Positions 1 through 10,780 of a stretch of 64,000 nt of DNA are shown here, one piece after another. The DNA comes from Callorhinchus milii (Eukaryota): assembly GCF_018977255.1 (NCBI RefSeq), contig NW_024704742.1, positions 1,488,001-1,552,000 of the forward strand. Reading direction: 5' to 3'. Numbering within the stretch: position 1 is the stretch's first letter; each line of letters opens with the position of its first letter. The translations under genes were made by a program, and so were the position numbers. The notes beneath the pieces were generated by a model, which worked only from the letters and a program-made list of their open reading frames with translations, was not told where the DNA came from and did not search any database.

Positions 1-1415
1 AATAGTAATTTGATCGTCTATTCAGTTCTCAACGGGATACCGAGGCAGATAATTAATTGCGGGTCTTAGAAGTCTAAATAGTGGTCCATAAAGCTGTCAG
101 GATGATTCATGTCCTGCTGTATCATCATAGAACCAAAACCATTACATTGACTTTTCGGCCATTCACAATACAATTGTACCTATACGTAGACTCATCAAAG
201 ATGGGCTCCAAAGGTGTCTTCGGTATCCATATAAATTTGCGCATTTTATAAGAACAATTATGTGGCTGACACAGGCAGGCAGAGACAGAAGGTGTCCCAT
301 CGATAGGCCATTAGTCAATGCAGTTAGAAATGACATGTTGCAAATAGGGGATTAAAAATAGGAGGAGGTACCAGCATAGCCTCAACGGTCACCTCCTCCG
401 CTGACATTCCTATGGTTCTGTGAAACGACAAGTCTGGACACCAGTGAGACAATTGCATTATTACTATTACTCTCCTATTTTAGGAAAATAAGCAAACCAT
501 TTCCATATTTTTTCTCGACGCATTGGCCTAATGGCTGAAACACTGGCTGGAACCTAACGCCTCATTAACAACAACTTGCATTTATATGGCCCTCCTCTCT
601 TAAACTGGGAATGCTGCTCTGAAATATAAAGGCCACTTAACAACTGACTTGCGGGTCATTACTGTGCGCAAGCTGCCTGCTGCTTTTGCCTGCAAACTAG
701 AGTCACTACACACGACACGAATTGCTGTGAAGCGCCTCGGGACGGCCTCCTGACCTGAAGGGACAAATCTGACACGAAAGGCAAGGATTACTTATGAAGC
801 GGGGCCCAGGCTCAAACACTGTGCAGCACAAAACATTTCCTTCGGCAATTTTACGTTTGGTTTTGCTGCCTTTTGCGAATTATCTTCTTTAAACATGTTT
901 ACTCCCTTCAGATTTGCTTACGCCTCCACACCTTCCGCACTACCCTTGGCAAAGGGGTAACTAGGAGACTTCCTCCCACTCCTTCGTCTTCCCTTTGTCC
1001 TCTTTAAAATGGTTCCACGCCTCAGCATGCTCCTTCCCCCACAACAATTTGCAGTCATCGTCAGAACAATTGCTACCCATCAGAGCACCTCAGCGACACC
1101 ATAATAATAACAACAGTAGTAGTAGTAATAATAATAATAATCCTTGCATTTGATATAGCGCCTTATCATGTCGTTGACGCCTCCCAACAAAGCTCTTCAC
1201 GAAATTTATTGTAAAATGGATTGACTGGGTATTTTGTGGGCGAAACGTGGCAGCCAATCGCACACATTAGGGTCCCACAAACTATCACGCAGTGTTGCAC
1301 CCTACCCCTGACCAGCCTGCCTTTGATGCGTGATGTTATTGCATCCACGGTCACTGCAACTCTAGGGAATCTGATAAAAGACTCAACAGCAGAGGAAGTA
1401 GGTTCGTATTTTCTG

Positions 1416-1421
1416 TTTATT
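1416..1421 (-). terminator. candidate polyadenylation signal of SNCA
   Basis: AATAAA about 610 nt after the stop, followed downstream by a T/GT-rich stretch. Confidence 0.5.
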
Positions 1422-1644
1422 TGGTTTCACAGAAACACCAGATATTTGCAATACACTAATCAAAACCACCAGCACATACTGATTCTCATCGTTGCCATAT
1501 ATTTATAATGTGCGTAGCTCCATGCTGACCATTTCATATACTGTACAGTACTCACAACAAAATCCTGGTCAAACAGAACCACCATACACAGAAAACACAC
1601 GTCAGATACATCACACACGAATTACATAGAGACTTTTTTGTTTG

Positions 1645-1705
1645 ATACACACATACGCGCGCGCGCGCGCACACACACGCACGCACACACACACACACAC
1701 ACACA
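1645..1705. repeat. compound (CA)n/(CG)n alternating purine-pyrimidine tract
   Basis: acacacatacgcgcgcgcgcgcgcacacacacgcacgcacacac... Confidence 0.9.
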
Positions 1706-1877
1706 GAGCAAGAGTAAAGCAGCGGACAGATAGGCAGTTTTGCAACCGCTGAACCTCAAACAAACCCGGGGTCCGCAGAACAGAAGCTGTCCTGCTCCAA
1801 CAGCACTTATTTCAGCGGGAGAGAAACCACTGGAATTAGGCCTGGTCAAAGCCACAAAGACTCCCGAGTACAACTGA

Positions 1878-1885
1878 TGGAAGAC
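1878..1885 (-). promoter_or_regulatory. miR-7 8mer target site in SNCA 3'UTR
   Basis: GTCTTCCA, complementary to the miR-7 5' end UGGAAGAC, in the context gaagtcttccatcag that I recall from human SNCA 3'UTR. Confidence 0.75.
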
Positions 1886-2029
1886 TTCAAAGTACACTAT
1901 AAAAAATAAATCATTAAAAAAAAAGCTTCACAACTAACTAACGTCTCAACGTAGCACTTCCACGGGGAGGAGGAGGAGGAGGAAAGTGGAGGAGCTCTTG
2001 GTAATAGTCCGTGATACTTCGAGTGATAC

Positions 2030-2062
2030 TCACGCTTCGGGTCCATAGTCTTGATATTCATC
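2030..2062 (-). CDS. SNCA: alpha-synuclein last coding exon (DEYQDYGPEA-stop)
   Basis: ttccccacag|GAT GAA TAT CAA GAC TAT GGA CCC GAA GCG TGA; matches the C-terminal EGYQDYEPEA of alpha-synuclein. Confidence 0.95.
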   Translation of the reverse strand, partial: DEYQDYGPEA

Positions 2063-3725
2063 CTGTGGGGAATACAGAGCAAAAGAAACACGATTCAGAT
2101 TGTTTTTCCCCCGTCCCATTGAGCGATCTGGGTGAAAGGGCCAAAGCCTAGTGCCACAGGATCCCACCGTGGTCCGAATGAGAGGATAAGAAATTTTGCT
2201 GTGTCCGGAATGGAATGCAAACTCTCTCTCCTCATGAGGAGGATAATCACAACACCATAGCAGCTGACACTTGGGCTGTTTTAAAAGGGACGTTGATTGC
2301 AGAAGGAAAGGAAAACCGAGGGAGCTAAGAAACTCCACGACTTGGAGTTCTAAATAAAGAATGAGAAATGGAAAAGGTTTCTCATGTGCAAAGAAACATT
2401 TCAACAGTTCGACTGGTGCCTATGGTATATCTCCCAATGCAATCTGGAAGCAGTATCGAGACTTTTTGTAACTGATGCATCTTCAGTGAGATGCAATATG
2501 TCACTGCAGATTAGTGACATATGCAACATGTCATCCTGCTGATTCGATTTCTCCTTCCCCACCTCCATCCCGTGTGTGTGTGTGTGTGTGTGTGCGTGTG
2601 TGTGTGTGTGAGGGGTGGGAGGTGGGGGGTGGGGCAGGAGCGCAGGGTGGGAGGAGAAAGAGAAGTCTAATTTGGAAGTTAGTAAATGGATCCAAACCAG
2701 CAAATTCTGCTGGCACCCAGGATGTGCTTCAAGATGCCCGCTGGAACTCTTACTGAAATACCAATCTTGTGTTTGTGACTGTTGCAAAGCTGGAATACGG
2801 TCAGAGAGAGCTTCTGGCACCCGGCAGCAGACTGGTGTCCAAGTGGACTTCTTGAGGATGTGTCCCAGACACACCTGGGTACTTGCGGCATTCGCCACTT
2901 TACAAAGCAATTTGCCAACGTGGCGAATCTGGCCCCAGTTTTGGTTTCAAAATCAGACTCGGGGTAAGGCCAATGATAAATCAGACGCTTCAAGTTCATG
3001 CCTGTGGCTCCTGGCACCATCTGGCACTCCATCATCAGAAGAGTACAGAATGTGCACAGACCACCCCGTGCGTCAATCTCTCTCTCCACACCTACCTTCG
3101 CGCTTCCTTCAACTCCCCTTCGTTCTCCAACAGTTCCTTCCTATTGACCTTACTTTGCCTTTCACCTTCCTGAACCTATTTTTTTTTAAATCCACCTTTT
3201 CCCCATTCCTCTGGTAATTTATAAATTCCGTTCAATTTAACATCTTTCTGGTTTTCATTAAATGCACCTTACGTTTCCTGCATTTCCAGTGGCCTGCCTT
3301 TTTTTTCGTTCTATCATTTCAAACTCGGTCTCAAGCTTCACTCTGTGCTGCATTGGGTTGGCAGGAGAGGTCAAGCTCTGTGAAGATCTATTTTCCTAGA
3401 TTACTGGGCACCGTGTTCACCCAACAGAGCAAGCAGAAAGTTGTAAACCCACAGGCTGATTCACAAAATAATAATAATCCTTGCATTTGATATAGCGCCT
3501 TATCAAGTCTCTGAGACGTCTTAAAGCGCTTTGCAGAATATAGTGTAAAGTGAAGTGACTGTGTATTTTGTGGGTGAAATCAGTCGTGCCTATGAGCCTA
3601 CTTATCTTACAATTCACTTAAATCAGTCTAATATCATCAGTCAGTTTGGCTGAAGTGTCTGAAAGCCCAGTGAAACTTGTTCGGGTGAGGTGAGATGGCC
3701 CCTCTCACAGCGGCCTTGAACTTAC

Positions 3726-3818
3726 CTCAGTAGTTGCTTCGTAGGTCTCAGCTTCGGGATCTATTTGCAACACGTCCGTGTTGTCAATCATTCCTTCCTG
3801 AGGGAACAGATCTTCATC
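3726..3818 (-). CDS. SNCA: alpha-synuclein acidic-tail exon (aa 104-134, DEDLFPQEGMIDNTDVLQIDPEAETYEATTE)
   Basis: ttcttgttgacag|GAT...GAG|gtaagt; 93 nt, phase 0-0. PQEG..DP...YE motif as in SNCA exon 5. Confidence 0.93.
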
Positions 3819-4044
3819 CTGTCAACAAGAAAGTCATCATTGGTGTTGCTGTATTCAGATTTATGTAGCGGTTCAAGAAATCAATCTTACTTGTCCCGCC
3901 TCCCCACTGTCCTAACTCTAATCCCTACATTTGATATAGCATTTCCGTTTCAGGAGGACATCTGAAAGAATACTTCAGGATACTCCACGTGATATAGTGT
4001 AAAGTGTAGTGACTGTATACTTATAGTATGTATTGAGCTATCAG

Positions 4045-4290
4045 ACAAAAAATGGGGAACTATAGACCAGTTAGTCTGACATCGGTGGCAGGGAAAATTC
4101 TAGAGTCCTCAATTAGGGACGTTGTCATGGGGTACTTAGAAAATCCTAACATGATTAGGCAGAGTCAACATGACTTTACGAAAGGGAAATCATGTTTAAC
4201 AAATCTTATAGAGTTTCTTGAGGGTGTAACTAACAGGTTAGATAGGGGGGGGATCCAGTAGATGTGGTGTATTTGGATTTCCAGAAGGCC
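4045..4290 (+). mobile_element. CR1 LINE ORF2 (reverse transcriptase) fragment
   Basis: GNYRPVSLTSVAGKILES...SQHDFTKGKSCLTNLIEF, then VDVVYLDFQKA in a shifted frame. Confidence 0.9.
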
Positions 4291-7200
4291 TCTCACTAAC
4301 CACTGGAAACACTCATGGGTTTGTGTTGTCGCTGACCAGCTGGCTTTCCGCACGCTTGCACAGTGAGGTTCACTGATATCATCGGCACATCATCAGTGGA
4401 TCTGACTGTGTAAAATCCTGACCAGGGCTTGTACTGTTATATTGCCAGGTCTCACTTGATGGAACAAAACCAGGAGGTTATAACGGAATCCAACTGTACT
4501 GTGTAAACTCTTCATCAGTGCACTATAACAAATGCTATTGCCTTGTTATTCCAGAAAGTCAAATGAAATCAGAGCGGTCTACAACAAAGAGAACAGAAAG
4601 CCACATTTAGCATCTTAGCTTTACGGTGGCCAAAAATTGTAATGTAATAGCTCAATAGTTTGACAATTCCTTCAGAGCGTATTCTGAGATGACTCAATCT
4701 GCTGCGAAGGAACAAAGCTTTAGGTTAAATGCATTAATAAACTGCTGCAGCTCCAACTCTATTATCAATGCATCGCTAGGCAAACATGTGGGCAAGATTG
4801 ATGTATCACAAACAAGCAGCAGTAAAATGTAATAAGAAAAGTGGAGCATGCAGCCCTGGAGAATAAACCCATTTTTAATGAGGATTTAAGAATGAATCTG
4901 CATTCCTATGGTAGCTTTACAACGTCTCAAAGACCTCCACAGGTAATTTATTGCATTGGCATTTTTGCAGACAAATAACGCAGCCATTTGCATCAGCGAA
5001 TTCTCACAAACAGTCGGGAGGTGAATGATAAATCAATAGGGAGGATTGTTGGCCATGACACTGGGAAAACTCTTTTTGAATCTTGTCATAGGATCTTTAG
5101 CATCACGTGAGCAGGCAGACAGAGCCTCGAATTAATATCTCATCACAAAAAAAAGGATAAATCATTAATTTGTCCTCTCCTAGGGAGGGGCATGAGAGAA
5201 AGATACTACTGCTAACTCACAATCTTATCTCACAACCATATATACTGCGTAACACGTGCCTGGAAACTTCAAGCTCTTTCTTTTGGACCCAAATCTGCGG
5301 ATGGTTTTACTCACTTATTGATCTGCAAGGGCCATGCGTTACCATGCCTTCACCTGGAAAATATAGTCACTGCACTTCACCATAAATCTTTGAGATGTTC
5401 CCCTGACATGAAAGATGATCCATTAAATGCAAGTATTAGGTGTTTTTATTTCCAGTGCTGGGCTGCAGTGTTAGGCTGTGATGGTATTTCAGACTATCTA
5501 TTTCTTAGCAGTAGCTCTCACCCATAAAAAGCATACTTTTTGCTTTCGGTGATGTCTGTACCAGTGCGTACATCAATGTTGCACTAACTGATACCTCTGC
5601 CATTGGTGTGTTTTACTTCTGGAGCATCATCATTCCATCTGAGAGCCAGATGTTCACGAGCAGACTGTTTGGAAATTTGGAAGGATTAATAATAAGTAAA
5701 ATAATAATAATAATCCTTGCATTTGATATAGCACCTTTGCCAGCTCGTCCAAATATCTCAAAGGGCTTCACTGCAAAGTGAAGTGTCTGTATTTGTAGAC
5801 AAACTGGGTAGAAAGTAAAACGAATAAAAAGATAGCAAATTGAGACATTTCCCATGTATGGCTGTGTCTTACAACGTGGGTTAATATTTCAGATTTACAA
5901 TGAAGTTTGAATCATCGGGAAAGCAATAACAAGATTAATGGTTGCATTTGATAATCTTTTGCAAACCTTAAAAGGCTTTCCAGGAGGCCCACCGCTGACC
6001 TTCCCCATCCCGCTCTTCCCAGTTTGGGATTTGACAAATCACAGCAACACGAGTTTAGATTCACCTGGCATTTCTGACAGTTCGGAATTTGACGCATTCT
6101 TAAATGCGACCTTCATTTTGAAGCCGGTTTCCTGTAAGTTTATTTTAAGAACTTCAGAACACAAGCTTGAAAGTTGCGCATCAACAATTTAAAATTTTGG
6201 AAAGCCAGGTCAATTTGGACCACGGTGGCATTTCTCCCTCTCTACATGCCATTGCGAAATGTGCCCAACACAGTGTAAATCAGGTGCATCTTTTCCTCCC
6301 AGTGAATTATGCTGCAAAAGGTAGTCGGTAGACAGAGGAACAACTGTGGCTGGCAGGCTTCCATCAAATTGTATGTCCCTGGTTTGAAACGACCAAGGCC
6401 AGTAATGTAGAAGGCCAGTAATGTAGTTGGCAAGATTTCAGCTAATCGATGCTTTAGCACAGTTGGCGTGCTGCCTGGTGATGGCAGCAGGTTTCACAGT
6501 ATCATTACTGGCAGATCAAGTGCAAATCTGTGCTGAACTTCTGTCAACTGCATCAACGATGCATCAATAGATTGGGCTTCACTATTTGAAGTCCTATTAA
6601 TTATCCGGTTATGCACTTTAGAGTTAAAATCCCAATAACTCGCCCTATCCCGGTGACGAGTCCAAAATTTGTGTTAAAGCTGGAAACGGTTATAGGCCGT
6701 CTTTCGGTTTGGTTTGCCAGTGTTAGTAAGCGTGTGTTCTCCAGATCTACCTGAACAGGTAAGCGGGACGTTGGTTTAACTTCTCATCTAAAAATGGCAC
6801 CTTTGCCAACGCAGCACTCTATGAGCATTGCATTGGAGCGTTAGCCAAGACTGTGAGCTCAAATTCCTGACTTGCAGGAGATTGAACTCACAACCTCCTG
6901 ACTTTGAGGTGAGAGTGCTGCCAACTCAGCCAGGTTGACACCTGCATTCCTTCCAAATGGCATCCGTGTGCCTTCCAAACTTCAAAACATTCCCGTCTCT
7001 GTTCATTTCTTTTTGAACTCCAGGAAAAATACAAGGAAAATGACAAACTCTATTTACTGTGCGTTTTAAGCGCATTGGTGTCCACTCTCCCCTGCCCCCT
7101 CCAAAGAGAGGATTAGTAGGTATTTGAGAGGTAATGAAGAAGAGCGTCTACATTTTCACAGAAGCAGCCGAGATGAAATGAGAAAGCCCTGAGGTAGCAG

Positions 7201-9178
7201 CCATTATCGCACAGAGCAGCACCAGATTCGTCTCTCTTCCCCGGGAAATAACCAAACATAAAATAAAATAGAATGTATTTGTTCTTGTGATCGTTGCTGG
7301 GAGAACGGGCACAATAATGGGCGAGGATGGAAAGGGTCTGCCACAATACTTTGCCGTGAGCAGCTTGAGCCCTGCTCCTGCTGAGCACATAGCCATGGCA
7401 ACAGACTTGTAAGGAGACAAATCTCTGAGCCGTGGCAGGGACCAAGCCAACTGCATACTCAACAGGACGACATGGAGAAAGGTAAATAACTAATGGTTCA
7501 GTTCCAAAGACTGACCTCTTTTTGAGCTGACTGCCCCTTAATCGATGTGCGCACAGATTCTTCGGCACAGCCGAGGAATGGATAAAAACCCCCCATGCTC
7601 AACATTGGTGGGAAGCATTGGCATTAACGGAGTTAACGGTATTAATGAGTGAAGCTTCAGTGGCAGGAAAGTGACCGAGTGTCACTACATTTATATATTA
7701 CGGATGTTGCATTTTTCTACACAAGACATAAAAACAATTAAAGGAAAAGTATGTTTGTGTTATATCCCCTGTAATTTTGAATTCCATCCATAAAGAGATT
7801 CTCCTTCAATTACCAGCATCGCAAACTTCCTGCACGCTTCAAGGTCGATGATCCGAGACAGATGCAATGTGAGCAGATGCTTTGTGTAGAACCTTGATGA
7901 TGACATTAGGGTCAATTAACTTCTGATCACTAAAAGCAACAATATTGTCGCTCTGTCTTTATAATGAGAAGCTCATGTTTTATCTATCAATGTATAATAG
8001 AACCCATTGTGAAGGCCTGCTCCACTGGCACATGAATTGGGAAGATGTCCAAAAAAGCGAGATTACTTGTAAATTTAGACAAGGTAGGTGCATTCTGCAC
8101 ACCTCTCTTCAACGGAAAACACATTTGCTCAAAACTAAGAGAAGTCTGTTATAAAGCAGACGTGAAAAGCAAGAGGGTCAGCGATCATAATTCAGAAATC
8201 TGATATTCCAACACTATCTTAAATGTGCAAATATGTTAATTGGTACCATATTGAGCTCCGGTGCCTCACTGAACGGCTAATCTTCATTTATGAGCTTGGA
8301 AAAAGTGTAGTTAGCAAGGTGGGCAGAAGCAAAGAGATCACAGGAGAAATAGTGATCGTACCTCCTCATCCAACATCCATGCTTGGATCGATTTTCCAGT
8401 AGGGGTCACTGGATAGTAAACAGAAGGAAATTGGGGCTCTTTATTCTGGGCTGCAAAACAAAGGAAAGTAGGAACATAGAAGAGAGTGAGGTGAATTTGA
8501 ATGGTCCTTCTCCCACCAAATCCAGATCACAAGAGAGATTCAGTTGAAGAAGGGGCTTTAGCCCATTAAGTGCTCCACGATACTACCCCGCATGAAGGGT
8601 GCTGTATGAGTGCAAGCTGTTGTTATTGTTGATCCGATTCTTCCATCAAACCCACTCTATCAATTTCCCATTACAGCATCAAGCTCTTTCTTAAATGCTG
8701 TTTTACGTCAGTTGTGTCCTGGGCTGTATTCCCGCTAACCCATTCCAATCATTAACTGCTCTTTGGTTAAAGAGATAGTTCCTGTGGATGTCGAAAACTT
8801 GCCCTTCATAACTCTTAAACCAGCACCCTCTTGACTTACAGTAATGGCAATTCAAAAGTTATTGTTTTATGTAATGTCTCATTTAACATCTCATATCTCT
8901 AGACTATCTCCTCAGAGACATTTCTTTCATTTGTTTCCAAGGCTCTTGTTTATTTAATTGTTTCTCAGTGATCATCCCTCTACCACTGGAGATTATATTC
9001 ATTGCTTGTACCTATACGATGTCTAGAACTTGTACATTCCTTTATGTTGCAGCGATGAAAGCTGTACATAGTCTTCAAGGTGTGGCCTGACTAGAGCGCT
9101 GTATGGCTTCATCACCACTCCTGTGGAGTTGAACTTAATCAATTTGCAATATTAGTCCAGCGTCTTGTTTGCTGTTTC

Positions 9179-9250
9179 AGCGCCTTGGGACGTCCTCCCG
9201 ACGTGAAAGGCGCTCTATAAATGGAATCTTGTTGTTGTTGTTGTTGCTGT
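9179..9250 (+). mobile_element. L2 LINE extreme 3' tail with (TTG)n
   Basis: agcgccttgggacgtcctcccgacgtgaaaggcgctctataaatggaatc(ttg)n; same tail as at 34212-34286. Confidence 0.75.
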
Positions 9251-9289
9251 TTATTGTTGCTTCACATTTTGAGAGAAAAATCCACTTAC

Positions 9290-9545
9290 AACCACAACAA
9301 CAACAAAATTACACGTGTAAAGCGCCTGTCATCTTGGGAGGACGTCTCTAAGCGCTGGACAGTTAGAGTTTCAGACCTGAGCTGGGGTTGGGATTGGGGA
9401 GGACGGAGGGCAGGGGGGGTGAAGCAGGGTGATCGAAAGCACGGTCGAAGGTGAGGGTCTTGAGATGGGTCTTGAAGAAGGCAAGGAAGAGGGCGAGGCG
9501 GAGGGACTGCGGGATGGAGTTCCAGAGGGTGGGGCAGAGTGACAG
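9290..9545 (-). mobile_element. L2 LINE 3' fragment
   Basis: LCPTLWNSIPQSLR...FKTHLKTLTFDRAF (L2 ORF2 C-terminus) plus 3' tail; tail-to-tail with the 9179 copy. Confidence 0.8.
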
Positions 9546-10619
9546 AAAAAGTCTAGCTTCTTTTCCAACTTTCCTCTGGGCCTGTTCTATCCTATCTAGT
9601 GAGTACACCAGCCTCATATTTTCTTCCTACATGGAGTATCTTGCATTTACATGTATTGAAACACGTTTTTTTAATGATCGTCATATGTTTTCACCCTATG
9701 AAGCTCTCCTTGCGATATCTTGGCTGCAAGCACCGAGACCGTAGATAGCTATGTCATCTCCAAATGTAACTCTCTTGCACTAAGACAAAAATCACTCAAA
9801 ACGAACTCACAGGTACAAAACGTTATCAAAATGGCTGAACACGAATGCTTGAGGTACTGCATTCATTACCTCCATCCATTTCAACCAAGCTCCCCTTAAA
9901 ATCGGCTTTTTCTTCCTTCTGTCTAACCACATATGCTAAATTGCAATGGTTTCTAAAGGGACTTCTTATTAAGCAGCACAACATGCAAATGGCATTTATC
10001 CGTACAGTCACCAGATGCACATTAAGCCAACCTACAAGAATGCCGCTTTATAATTTACTCTCAAGTATCTGTTCAAATCCTTTTTAAACGTTGTTATGGG
10101 TTTAGTCCGAACAGCCACGTGTAGTACAGCATTTTGCATTCCAACACACGTTCTGTGAAAAATATTTCCGTTTGTGTTAATCCTTGATTTCCCTGTAAAT
10201 ATTGGTGATTAAATTAAGCAAATTCCTTTTGTAGAATCTTTTAAAAATGAAGAGTCATTCAGTTACATTTCCAGGAAGGATAACTTTTTCCCTTCATTAA
10301 ATAAAAGAATCAATATCAAGTTCCAATTTCTGCATTTATTTTTAACTTAAATGTTCACAAAGTAGCTGTGATATTCAATTACGAAAAGTACGTTTTTTCT
10401 TTACTGTTTCCATGTAATACTCTCTCGGAATAATGGTCCGAATGGACCACAACTTTCGAAAGGCATAAAGATTTCATTGGTAACTCAATAATTTCAAGCA
10501 TCTTACTTTCAAACTTCTTTCCATTCATCCTCCTCTCTCGGGACCAGAAAGTTTACCAGAAAGACCGACTGCTGTCTTAACATTTCAACAAGACAGTAGA
10601 ACAACAATCTACCTCTGAC

Positions 10620-10780
10620 TACCTAAAGATGGAGGGAGATAGATATTTGTTAGGCCAGGGTATTAAGGGATATGGGGCAAGTACAGGTAACCGGACTTGA
10701 GGTACAGGGCAGATGTGATCTTATAAAATGGCAGATCAGGCTTGAGGGGCTGAATAGCCTACTCCCGCTTCTATTTTTTT
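10620..10780 (+). mobile_element. CR1-like LINE 3' end remnant
   Basis: attaagggatatgggg...ggcttgaggggctgaatagcctactcc resembles CR1-type 3' tails. Confidence 0.55.

Larger units (their letters stand above)
1395..2029 (-). other. SNCA: SNCA 3'UTR (3' end approximate)
   Basis: Follows the stop codon, contains blocks resembling mammalian SNCA 3'UTR, and has AATAAA on the minus strand at 1421-1416. Confidence 0.6.

Noticed and set aside
2401-3217. 169-200 aa ORFs in SNCA intron 5
   Set aside because: They span (CA)n and low-complexity sequence, overlap on both strands and show no recognisable homology.
8355-8430. Exon-like minus-strand segment (ccag|tgacccc...gag|gtacg) in intron 4
   Set aside because: It begins with TGA in the required phase and resembles an old SINE remnant (similar tccagtgac motif near 43290).
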